Shown here: positions 1 through 8,474 of the stretch, piece after piece
How the letters are laid out: the number at the start of each line of letters is the position of its first letter
Position numbering within the stretch: position 1 is the stretch's first letter
Origin: Bacteroidia bacterium
Lineage (GTDB): Bacteria; Bacteroidota; Bacteroidia; SpSt-205
Reading direction: 5' to 3'
Assembly: GCA_025057135.1 (NCBI GenBank)
Contig: JANWXY010000043.1
Coordinates: 99-64,098, forward strand
DNA length: 64,000 nucleotides
Made by a program: the position numbers and the translations under genes
Notes under the pieces: model-generated
Databases searched by the model: none
What the model was told of the DNA's origin: nothing
Seen by the model: only the letters and a program-made list of their open reading frames with translations

Positions 1-62
1 CTGATGGGCTTTAGTACTCCTTTACAGGTAAAGTCACAACATCACTCTATTCTAAGCTGCTT

Positions 63-70
63 TACCTTTG
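63..70 (+). promoter_or_regulatory. Bacteroidota-type -7 box TACCTTTG, 4 nt upstream of GTG 75
   Basis: It matches TAnnTTTG exactly, with spacer AGTT. Confidence 0.5.
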
Positions 71-74
71 AGTT

Positions 75-2579
75 GTGCGTCATCTTTTGCTGTGCGGATG
101 GATTTGGGGTCAGGTTTTTTCTATTTCAGGAGAGATCAAGAACCCCGAAGGAGAGCCGCTCGGTCATGTCATTATTCGCCTGCCGCAGACGGGCTTTCAA
201 ACCGTAAGTAGCGCCGATGGGCGCTTCACGCTCAGCGCCGCTCTGGATACGCTTATTTTGGAGCTGCGACATTTGGGATATCGTCTCCGCCGAGACACCC
301 TGTATCGGACAGAAGGACAGAAGTTTTACTCATTCATCCTCTATCCTCAGGAGGTGCGCCTTGGAGGAATCATCATTACCGAAGCTGGAAAGGACCCCGG
401 CGAAGTTCTGGTGCGTAGGGCGATTGCCGTGAAAGATCAAAATCAGCGATGCCTTCTGAGCTTCCGCACAGAGACATATACCCTTTTTACGCTGCGCTGG
501 TTAGAACCGCCGAACAGCCTATTGCGCAAGCTGGCTAAGCTTCCCGAGGGTCAAAAGGATGTTTTGTTCATGAGTGAGACTTTCTCCCACATTTTTTTCG
601 CCGCGCCAGATAAATATCACGAAGATATAGTGCGCTCACGCATCGTAGGAACTCAGCGATATAGCTTTTTAGGTGGATGGATATTCCAAGGATTCAATCC
701 ATACGCTGAACGCCTGTCCTTGCAAGAGATGACAGAGACTCCATTTGTTTTACCGCTTGCCCGAGATGCTCCTATATATTATCGCTACCGACTCGTAGGC
801 AGTTACTGGGATGAAGAGAACTTATTCTATAAAGTCGCTGTGGAGCCTCGCAGTGCGGTCTCTCCATGTGTGGAGGGATATATGCTTATTGCTGACGAGA
901 GCTATGCCCTTGTAGGTTTAGAATGGTATGTCAAGCCGCCTCGTCCTTTGCGTTATACCGATAGTATCGGTGTGCGGGTGACTTATGTGCCTGTCGGGAA
1001 ATGCTATCAAATAGGCGAGCTCAGCTTCCGAGGGCACTTTCGCCTATCTGTCCCTGTCGGAAGGCTCAGCTTGACTGGCGAAGGATACGCTGCCTATCGG
1101 AAGTATCAGGTTCTGATTCAATCTAAAGCCTCTGAAAGTAAAACAGCCGCTCCTTCCCCATCTCTGTCCCCGAAGAAAAAGCCTAAGTTACCTCCTGCGC
1201 CAGCTGACACCGTACGAAGAGAAGCTCCTATTCGCCCAGAAACCGTCAAAGTAGAACGCATAAACTTTGGAGAATTTGTACGAATACTCCCAGAGGCTTC
1301 GGAAGCCTCAGCAGCTTTTTGGGACAGCCTACGGGCAGCCCCTCTGGACTCCGCGCAGGTGGCTTATCTCTCTCGTCACGACACAATGGTCGCCGCTCAA
1401 GAGACTCTCTCCTCCAAAGTCAGAAGCAGATTTGGACTCGTAGAGGGGGGCATAGGCTGGTCAAGGCAAAAGTCCAAAGGTGAGCGTAGTACATATATTA
1501 GCGCAGGTCAAAAATGGGTCAGTTATACTCCCCTTGAGGGGTGGGTGCTCCCTTTACAAGCTACATATAAGGTGAGAAATGAAGGAAGTGCATTGGAGTT
1601 TGTTTTGACAGGCCGATATGGGCTACGATGGCGTAGATTCCTCCCCGCTGGACAGATCGTTTGGAATACTCGGTATTATCCGCGATGGCGCTGGTATATT
1701 GGAGGGGGGATTCAGGTTAGAGAGCCCACAGATTTCATCCAGATACCAAGCCTGTGGAATATCGCCTACTACCTTTTGGGAGAGGAACCTTTGTGGCAAG
1801 GGTATGTGCGCCCCTTCGCAGTATTAGGTTTTGGAAGGTATCTCCACCGAACAGTGGAGATTGAAGCTCGGGCAGGGTGGGACAGACGACTCAGTTCCCC
1901 TCAGGCCTCCACGACCTATGAAGGCTGGCGCGGCGCTGTGTGGATGACCTGGCGTCCAGGTACTCGTTTGTTTCGGACGCCTCGGAGCACACAGTTTATT
2001 CCCCCTGACAAGGTTTTAACATGGCAGGTAAGTGTGGCTACCGAAACAGCGTGGCTAACTGATCAGCTTCTGGTGACTCTTTCAGGAGGGGTGAAACCCG
2101 TCTTGTCTATCAGTCCATTTGGGCGTTTAGAGCTAGAGGTGCATGGCTCTTGGCAGAATCGCTTGGCTCCTTGGGCGGACCGTTTATATGTGCGCGTAAT
2201 GCCGCCTGCCTCGCATCGGGGGTTTGGGGAGTTCGTAGGATGGAGACCTTACGAAAGCATCGGAAGGTGGGCACCTATGGGGATCGTGAGCTGGTTTCCC
2301 GAAGGCGCTTTGGTTCGTCTGATACCCCTTCTACGGAGAACAAGCTGGCAGGAGGCACTCACTTTTCGTGGGCTGCGTCCTGAAAATAGCCCCTGGCACG
2401 TGGAAGGTAGTTTTTTCCTCCATCAGCTCAATTTCAGGCTCCGAAAAACAGGTGCGGCTCGTCCGCTCAGCATAGGTTTTCATGCTGTACTTATCGGTCG
2501 GGAGAAAAGAGGCTTCATCACATTAGGGTTAGGGGACCTTGCCCGCTCGCTCGTGGTGTCTAAGCTGACCCCTTCATGA
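75..2579 (+). CDS. CarboxypepD_reg-like N-terminal domain plus DUF5686-type large secreted/outer-membrane-associated protein
   Basis: It has a short signal peptide (LLLCGWIWGQ). This is followed by ISGEIKNPEGEPLGHVIIRL..TVSSADGRFTL, typical of the carboxypeptidase regulatory-like fold. At about 830 aa it matches the Bacteroidota DUF5686 architecture. It starts with GTG, 4 nt after a TACCTTTG box. Confidence 0.6.
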   Translation: MRHLLLCGWIWGQVFSISGEIKNPEGEPLGHVIIRLPQTGFQTVSSADGRFTLSAALDTLILELRHLGYRLRRDTLYRTEGQKFYSFILYPQEVRLGGIIITEAGKDPGEVLVRRAIAVKDQNQRCLLSFRTETYTLFTLRWLEPPNSLLRKLAKLPEGQKDVLFMSETFSHIFFAAPDKYHEDIVRSRIVGTQRYSFLGGWIFQGFNPYAERLSLQEMTETPFVLPLARDAPIYYRYRLVGSYWDEENLFYKVAVEPRSAVSPCVEGYMLIADESYALVGLEWYVKPPRPLRYTDSIGVRVTYVPVGKCYQIGELSFRGHFRLSVPVGRLSLTGEGYAAYRKYQVLIQSKASESKTAAPSPSLSPKKKPKLPPAPADTVRREAPIRPETVKVERINFGEFVRILPEASEASAAFWDSLRAAPLDSAQVAYLSRHDTMVAAQETLSSKVRSRFGLVEGGIGWSRQKSKGERSTYISAGQKWVSYTPLEGWVLPLQATYKVRNEGSALEFVLTGRYGLRWRRFLPAGQIVWNTRYYPRWRWYIGGGIQVREPTDFIQIPSLWNIAYYLLGEEPLWQGYVRPFAVLGFGRYLHRTVEIEARAGWDRRLSSPQASTTYEGWRGAVWMTWRPGTRLFRTPRSTQFIPPDKVLTWQVSVATETAWLTDQLLVTLSGGVKPVLSISPFGRLELEVHGSWQNRLAPWADRLYVRVMPPASHRGFGEFVGWRPYESIGRWAPMGIVSWFPEGALVRLIPLLRRTSWQEALTFRGLRPENSPWHVEGSFFLHQLNFRLRKTGAARPLSIGFHAVLIGREKRGFITLGLGDLARSLVVSKLTPS

Positions 2580-3442
2580 GAGCTTACTGGATGGACGGGG
2601 TAGAGTTAGCAGAAATTTGGAGAGCTCTACCTTACACCGAAGCACCTTTTGATGAATGGGCATGGTGGGAAAGATTTCCCCTTGCATGGGGAGCGGTTGT
2701 TATAGAAGATAAAAGTTTGCCCCTTGTTGCTATACCTTTTGCAGTTCGTTGGCTCGGGGTAGCTTGCCTATATCGTCAGCCACTGATTCTACCTTGGATA
2801 CCTTTTAGATTGGCAGAACCGCTTCCCGACTCGCCACCGGTGAGATACCGTCTCATTTCTCACATCTTATCTGCGCTCGGTGTATGGGCAAAGGGGCGAC
2901 GTTTCAGCTATCTGGCTGGGGGGCTGCCCTCTGAGTGGTCCTATCTCCCTGCGCTAAACGCTTTTCGTGTGAAAGGACATGGAAGTTTTGTAGTGCGCGT
3001 AGGTGGCTTTGAACCTTCTAAGGAACTATTTCGCAAGGTGCGTCAGACGGCGCATGAGCCACTAAGGCCTATTTCGCCACAGGAAGCCTATGAATGGTGG
3101 TCATATCATCGTCCCAAGGGCGTTTCCCTAAAGCTTTCTACTCAACTCAAACCTCTCCTTGCGCTTTCCGAAGCATGGCATACAGTTGGAATAGGCATGC
3201 CACTCCGGGCAGTGGGTTTTTTTCTCAACGGGCGTAAACGATTATGGTACATAGCGGGGGCTTCTGTCAGGGGAGGCGGACAAAGTATGACTCGCATTCT
3301 GTATGAAGCTATTCTATTTGCCCATAGTCAAGGAAAAGACTTTGATTTTCAGGGGTCAGTCATTCCTGGGATAGAAAGGTTTTTTCGGCAGTTTGGTGGG
3401 GAGTGGGAGCCTCGGTACTTTATTTCAGCCTGGCGCTTTTGA
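2576..3442 (+). CDS. Hypothetical protein, possibly a FemAB/GNAT-fold acyltransferase (tentative)
   Basis: The 288-aa ORF overlaps the upstream gene by ATGA. Its C-terminal part (LYEAILFAHSQGKDFDFQGS..IERFFRQFGG) resembles FemAB-like GNAT proteins. This is a by-eye call only. Confidence 0.35.
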   Translation: MRAYWMDGVELAEIWRALPYTEAPFDEWAWWERFPLAWGAVVIEDKSLPLVAIPFAVRWLGVACLYRQPLILPWIPFRLAEPLPDSPPVRYRLISHILSALGVWAKGRRFSYLAGGLPSEWSYLPALNAFRVKGHGSFVVRVGGFEPSKELFRKVRQTAHEPLRPISPQEAYEWWSYHRPKGVSLKLSTQLKPLLALSEAWHTVGIGMPLRAVGFFLNGRKRLWYIAGASVRGGGQSMTRILYEAILFAHSQGKDFDFQGSVIPGIERFFRQFGGEWEPRYFISAWRF

Positions 3443-3450
3443 TAACTTCG
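3443..3450 (+). promoter_or_regulatory. Variant -7 box TAACTTCG, 4 nt upstream of upp ATG
   Basis: It is a TAnnTTCG variant with spacer CTCT, and it abuts the upstream stop codon. Confidence 0.35.
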
Positions 3451-3454
3451 CTCT

Positions 3455-4105
3455 ATGCCAGTACATGTACTTGGCGAGCACCCTTCTCTCCTGACTCAAA
3501 TCCTCGCTGAGCTGCGCAATCAGAAGCTTCAAAAAGACCGTCACCGTTTCCGATGGAATCTCAAAAGGGCTGGCTTTCTTTTAGCTTATGAAATTAGCCG
3601 ACACCTACCGTACCTTCAAGCGGAAGTTACGACCCCTCTGGGACAAGCCCAGGTGCAGGTACTGGCGGAGCCGCCTGTCCTCGTGAGCATCCTTCGGGCG
3701 GGCAATCCTTTCATGGAAGGCGCTATGGAGGCGTTTGATTTTGCCGATGTAGGATTTGTCGCTGCTCGTCGTACCGAACTCACGAATAGAGAGGTACAAG
3801 TAGAGGTGGATTACTTAGCCGTTCCTCCTCTGGAAGGGCGACTCGTTGTATTGATTGATCCGATGTTGGCGACGGGGCGCAGCATCCTCCTTTCGTACGA
3901 AGCCCTTCTTCTGCGGGGGCGCCCTCGACAGCTCTACATTATGGCCCTTATCGCCTCAGAGTATGGCGTTAGCACCGTGCAAAAAAGTCTGCCTCATGCC
4001 CATCTATATGTCGGCGCAGTAGATAAAGAGCTTACTGCCAGGGCTTACATCGTACCAGGCTTAGGGGATGCTGGTGATTTAGCGTATGGGCCGCTACATC
4101 ATTGA
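3455..4105 (+). CDS. upp: Uracil phosphoribosyltransferase
   Basis: It carries the PRPP-binding loop VLIDPMLATGRS and the C-terminal signature YIVPGLGDAGDLAYG. The length is 216 aa. Confidence 0.9.
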   Translation: MPVHVLGEHPSLLTQILAELRNQKLQKDRHRFRWNLKRAGFLLAYEISRHLPYLQAEVTTPLGQAQVQVLAEPPVLVSILRAGNPFMEGAMEAFDFADVGFVAARRTELTNREVQVEVDYLAVPPLEGRLVVLIDPMLATGRSILLSYEALLLRGRPRQLYIMALIASEYGVSTVQKSLPHAHLYVGAVDKELTARAYIVPGLGDAGDLAYGPLHH

Positions 4106-4535
4106 ATGGGTGCTTTTTCTCAAATATCTCTCCATTTTCCTCATGAGCGGCTTCAAGTTCATGGTAGGAGTAGCGATGAGCATGGCAATGCGTTTAGGGT
4201 TCTGGGAGCAGTTTTTGATAACCGTCACAGGAGGTATCGCAGGCGTAATACTTTTTACTTACTTAGGTGATAAGCTGCGTCAGTGGATAGCGCATCGTCG
4301 CAAGCGTCCTACCCGTGCCTCTCCTTCACCCAAGTGGGCTCAGTTGTGGGAAAAGTACGGCCTTTGGGGCGTAGCATTCCTGACCCCTCCTATACTCAGC
4401 CCTCCCATAGGGACAGCCATAGCGCTGGCTTTCGGTACCCCTCGTCCGATAATCATCCAGCGCTTCGGCATAGCTATGGTGGTCTGGGGGGGGCTCTTTG
4501 CCGGAGTCTGGGATTGGCTGAGAAGTCTATTTTAG
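4086..4535 (+). CDS. Small integral membrane protein (3-4 predicted TM segments), function unknown
   Basis: The sequence has hydrophobic segments throughout. It overlaps the upp 3' end by 20 nt, and the start could instead be the GTG at 4110. Confidence 0.5.
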   Translation: MGRYIIEWVLFLKYLSIFLMSGFKFMVGVAMSMAMRLGFWEQFLITVTGGIAGVILFTYLGDKLRQWIAHRRKRPTRASPSPKWAQLWEKYGLWGVAFLTPPILSPPIGTAIALAFGTPRPIIIQRFGIAMVVWGGLFAGVWDWLRSLF

Positions 4536-4557
4536 AGTTCAATTTATTATGAAATAG

Positions 4558-4565
4558 TAACTTTG
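4558..4565 (+). promoter_or_regulatory. -7 box TAACTTTG, 4 nt upstream of TonB-receptor ATG
   Basis: It matches TAnnTTTG exactly, with spacer CGGC. Confidence 0.55.
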
Positions 4566-4569
4566 CGGC

Positions 4570-6600
4570 ATGTTTAGGAGCGGCTCTTATCTCGCTTTAT
4601 TCGCTGCTTTTTTGTGGGGACAGGTGGAGGACACCCTAAAAACCTACGACTTGGATACCGTCCGTATAGAGGGTTATCAAAATACCCTTCTGCTTGTGGG
4701 GGAGACAAGCGCTGATAAAGCGGTACGACTTTTACCTGCCACTCAGTTGGTTTATCGGAGCGTTCCTTTTGCCCAAGAGGTGGTATATCAGGGATTTCTA
4801 CCGACTCAAACCCAGGTGTCCATAGAGGGTATGCGGGTTTTACCTGCTTGTGTAGATAGAATGGACCCTATTTTGACTTTTGTGGAGGCAGCAGCCATAG
4901 AAGGGGTCAGTTGGCAGAATACCAATAACTGGGGAGCCACCCCCACTATGAATGTGGAACTTTTTTCTCCCGAAGGCCCCAGAGGTGGGCAAGCGGTGCT
5001 TTCGGTCGGAGATAATTATCATCGGATTGTCAGTAGCTTTCGCCACCGTCAGCGAGTGGGCCGTTTTAGGATAGCTTCTGTGCTCACCTTTCGTCAAGGT
5101 GGAGATTATCGCATAGGAGCGTGGCCGGCGTTTGGAACTTCGCATAGGGCTACTCAAGCGTGGCCTGCGGATACTTCACTCAATTTGCCCGCCTTTCGCA
5201 AGGTAAATCTACATACTGCCATAGCCTATCAGGTTTCAGAGTCTCATCGGGTAGAAGCCAGCTACCTCGGGGACTATTTTTACGATGTAGCGTATCCGGC
5301 CCTTGTCATGGACGCTCGTCATAGTGCAATGCATCTAATAAGCATATGCCACACATGGAGAGATGTGTCTGAGTTTCGGGCTTATGTCAGTACGGTTTTT
5401 CATGACATGACCGATGAAAAGCGTCCTGTATCCGAAATTCAAAATCGCATCGTCATGCCAGGGATGTACATGCCGATGATAGGGAAAACGCGTACCTCTG
5501 GCGCTATATGGAGCCTTAATTGGTGGAGAAAAGAGGGAGTTCGTCTCTGGCAGCGAAGCGAGTTCGTTTCTGGGTCTGCATTTGCTTCTATGGATATGTT
5601 TCCGCTGGATGGAGGTACGGTGATGCGGCTGCTTAATCTGCCCGATGTTCGCATTCAACAAGGCGGTTCTGCCCTCTTATTAGACTATCAGCAGGGTAGT
5701 TGGCTTTTCCACATGGAAGGTCGCTGGAACCTTTTGGCATATATCGTAGGAGATACTCTTGCCTACCGTCCCCTGCGCATGTATCAAGAGACTTATGCTG
5801 GTGCGAGCGCTGCACGACGGTCTTTTTCCGTCTATGAAATGGTCGGTCGCATCTCTTGGAGCAAATCTGGACATACCCTCACCTTCTCTCTATCACAGGG
5901 TACTCGTGCGCCGGTGCATACAGAGCTCTACGCTTACTATCTATACGTTCCGATGGATAATAGCATCCTCATGGGAAACTCCTCTCTGCGTCCAGAGCGG
6001 CTCTTTCGGTTAGAGACCGACTATGCCTACGCTCAGGAACGCTGGGGATTCCGCCTGAATCTATACGCCAATCGCTTTTCTGACTACATTACTGCGGTCA
6101 CCTTTCTCGCCCCGCAAACCCCCGGCAATAGCACCAGACAATCATGGCGTATTTTGAAGAATGGCGGTGTCGCCTATACTGGCGGCTTTTCGTTACAAGC
6201 GTCATTTCATGCAAATTCATCCGCTCTGTTTGAGGCTTGGGCGGGTTATACTTATGGCTGGAATCAAACGCTGCGAGAGCCTTTACCATGGATATATCCC
6301 CTTTTCGGGCGAGTGCGTTACACTCAGCGTTATCGTCGTCATCAGACCAGTTTGGAACTTTATACCGCGGCTGCTCAAAGCCACCTTTCTCGTACTATAT
6401 ATTTGGAAAACCACACGCCAGCTTACTGGCTACTTCACGTACGCTATGGATATGCCGCTTTCCAGAATCACCAATTTCGCGCTACGCTAACCCTGAGCGT
6501 TGAAAATGTGCTGAATGCTTATGGGTGGGATCATCTGAGTGTCGGCGACATGCCCTTTTTAGGAAGGGTCGTGCGGGCTGGGGTGATAGTGAGCTGGTGA
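4570..6600 (+). CDS. TonB-dependent outer-membrane receptor
   Basis: It has a signal peptide ending FLWGQ and a plug-like N-terminus (LDTVRIEGYQ). A long Y/W/G-rich beta-barrel region follows, with an aromatic C-terminal residue (..VSW). Confidence 0.7.
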   Translation: MFRSGSYLALFAAFLWGQVEDTLKTYDLDTVRIEGYQNTLLLVGETSADKAVRLLPATQLVYRSVPFAQEVVYQGFLPTQTQVSIEGMRVLPACVDRMDPILTFVEAAAIEGVSWQNTNNWGATPTMNVELFSPEGPRGGQAVLSVGDNYHRIVSSFRHRQRVGRFRIASVLTFRQGGDYRIGAWPAFGTSHRATQAWPADTSLNLPAFRKVNLHTAIAYQVSESHRVEASYLGDYFYDVAYPALVMDARHSAMHLISICHTWRDVSEFRAYVSTVFHDMTDEKRPVSEIQNRIVMPGMYMPMIGKTRTSGAIWSLNWWRKEGVRLWQRSEFVSGSAFASMDMFPLDGGTVMRLLNLPDVRIQQGGSALLLDYQQGSWLFHMEGRWNLLAYIVGDTLAYRPLRMYQETYAGASAARRSFSVYEMVGRISWSKSGHTLTFSLSQGTRAPVHTELYAYYLYVPMDNSILMGNSSLRPERLFRLETDYAYAQERWGFRLNLYANRFSDYITAVTFLAPQTPGNSTRQSWRILKNGGVAYTGGFSLQASFHANSSALFEAWAGYTYGWNQTLREPLPWIYPLFGRVRYTQRYRRHQTSLELYTAAAQSHLSRTIYLENHTPAYWLLHVRYGYAAFQNHQFRATLTLSVENVLNAYGWDHLSVGDMPFLGRVVRAGVIVSW

Positions 6601-6764
6601 AGAAGCCGCTGTGGTGATATGACAAGTTGAGATAGCCGATACTATTTCGTCCGCTTGCAAGGCAGGGCATATTTGCGCACGCATACGCGCCAAACCGCTG
6701 AGGTCATTTCCATCCTTCCTTGGTAAGATAGTTTGAAAGCGTATTTTGTTCAGGTCTTTGGGTT

Positions 6765-7490
6765 ATGAAAAAAATACTCTTCCTGTCGGCGTGGCTTCTC
6801 TGGGCGCAGAATCCTCGTAAGTGGCTCTTCGGAGCCCAAGTGGGTCTGAATATACCCGCTTATCGCTCCTCCGAACGCATAGATAAAGCCGTAGTTATGC
6901 CAGGCTTCACTGGTGGTCTCTCTGTGAAGTACGCCTATAGTCCCAAATGGGTACTTCACACTGGATTGTATTTTAGTCAGAGGAACTCCGCCTATTTAGT
7001 CCGAGAATCGTATCCAGAAGATACAACGATCGGGACATTTCAGGACAGCTACACTGTGCATGTCTCAAATGACGGCCGTCTGGAGCTTGCCCATGTAGAA
7101 CTTCCGATTTTGATTCAGTGGAATTTCTTGAATATGGCGCATAGTCGGTCATACTTTTTGGGAGGTGCCCACGTTGGCTATCGGCTTTTCTTCAAGAATT
7201 ACGGACAAACTCAGGTGGCGCTGGAGGGACTGGACTTCTTGCCTTTGTTCGGCTTTTCTCCACAGACTCGCCTGATAGTTGCCGAGGGACCGATTCAGCC
7301 TGGTAAGGTGGATTTTCGTCGAGGGGATTTGGGATTGTGGGTGGGAGGAGGGAATAGCTATCGCATGGGTTCCGGTGAAATGAGCTTTGAGATTCGGGCT
7401 TTTACGGGGATTGTCAATATTTTTCGGATACCATCTCATCAGCGCTTTTACAACGGTTCTGTGATGTTTCTCACCGGGTATCACTTCTGA
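6765..7490 (+). CDS. Outer-membrane beta-barrel (porin-family-like) protein
   Basis: It has a signal peptide ending LLWAQ and an alternating amphipathic strand pattern. The C-terminal residue is aromatic (..GYHF). Confidence 0.55.
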   Translation: MKKILFLSAWLLWAQNPRKWLFGAQVGLNIPAYRSSERIDKAVVMPGFTGGLSVKYAYSPKWVLHTGLYFSQRNSAYLVRESYPEDTTIGTFQDSYTVHVSNDGRLELAHVELPILIQWNFLNMAHSRSYFLGGAHVGYRLFFKNYGQTQVALEGLDFLPLFGFSPQTRLIVAEGPIQPGKVDFRRGDLGLWVGGGNSYRMGSGEMSFEIRAFTGIVNIFRIPSHQRFYNGSVMFLTGYHF

Positions 7491-7509
7491 TAATCTATCA
7501 GAATGCCCG

Positions 7510-7517
7510 TAGTTTTG
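7510..7517 (+). promoter_or_regulatory. -7 box TAGTTTTG, 5 nt upstream of binding-protein ATG
   Basis: It matches TAnnTTTG exactly. Confidence 0.5.
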
Positions 7518-7522
7518 CCTCC

Positions 7523-8449
7523 ATGGGCAGCCGCTTTGTATTTAGCTTTTTCGTGGGAGCGTTTCTTGTAGGTAGCTATGGTTGTAAGCGAGTGCCTGCT
7601 TGGTTGGATAGCGCCCCGCTGATTGGGACTCGGGTGGAAGATGATTTGAATCGGACGATTTATTTACCTCAAGCGCCTAAGCGCGTAGCCATAGCTACAT
7701 CGGAAGCTCTCCCTCTGTGGTTGAGCTCTAAGCTGGACAGGTACATCGTCGCAGGATGCTATGGGGATAGAGAAGACACGAGAGTCTTTTATTTGTCTTG
7801 TGATGACTCCGTCTCTCTCTCAGAAGCGCTTCACAGAGCTAGAGTAGATTGGGTATGGACAAACCGACTGGAGCAGGTCCCTGCATTTCCAGAGGCTAAA
7901 ATATATGTTTTCCGTCCTCAATCTATGGAACAGTGGCTTCGTCACCTGAAGGTTCTGGGGGAGGTATATGGAATGAGTGGGTTTGGTCAAGTGGCGGATA
8001 GCTTAGCGCAGCTTCTGCGGGAATATGAAAATAGACTTGCGGATGCGCGCCGATTGAAAGTTATTATTTTGAGTCCAGAAGTGCCCGGAGGAATAATCAG
8101 TAAGTATCATCCACTGGCTTCTATCGTCAGTAGAGCGGGGGGTATCGTCCCTTATGGAGCTGAGAAAGGGCAGCGCGTCGTACAAGTGCCCCCTGATAGT
8201 ATAGCGGCGGTTCCAGCCGATGTGATTTTTGTTCCTGATGGGAATATGGAGCTGATAAATGCTTTTCTGCAAGCTTATCCCGAGGCTTACAGTATGCCCG
8301 CCCTGCAGTATAAACGGATATTTTCCATTCCTTCCTCTACTCTAAGTCACCCATATGCAGAACCTTTTCAGGCATTTTATACCTTGCTCCAGGCGCTTCA
8401 TCCGGAGCTTGTAAGGTCTCAAATCTCAGTTCAGAAGGAAACGGAGTGA
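7523..8449 (+). CDS. Periplasmic substrate-binding lipoprotein, BtuF/FecB-like (cluster A-2 type) binding protein
   Basis: The N-terminal signal has a Cys (VGSYGC). The general layout resembles Peripla_BP_2 proteins (RVAIATSEALP.., VIILSPE..). No permease or ATPase gene is adjacent. Confidence 0.5.
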   Translation: MGSRFVFSFFVGAFLVGSYGCKRVPAWLDSAPLIGTRVEDDLNRTIYLPQAPKRVAIATSEALPLWLSSKLDRYIVAGCYGDREDTRVFYLSCDDSVSLSEALHRARVDWVWTNRLEQVPAFPEAKIYVFRPQSMEQWLRHLKVLGEVYGMSGFGQVADSLAQLLREYENRLADARRLKVIILSPEVPGGIISKYHPLASIVSRAGGIVPYGAEKGQRVVQVPPDSIAAVPADVIFVPDGNMELINAFLQAYPEAYSMPALQYKRIFSIPSSTLSHPYAEPFQAFYTLLQALHPELVRSQISVQKETE

Positions 8450-8474
8450 TGCATTAGATGGTATAGCGGCAGCT

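Noticed and set aside
4-432. Small plus-strand ORFs 4-207 and 217-432 at the window edge.
   Set aside because: They overlap the 834-aa DUF5686-type gene in other frames, or precede its promoter box, and they have no supporting features.
4536-4569. Cobalamin riboswitch upstream of the TonB receptor. I also examined 6601-6764 and 7491-7522.
   Set aside because: The intergenic regions are too short or lack any B12-box-like sequence. The -7 boxes lie 4-5 nt from the ATGs, leaving no leader.
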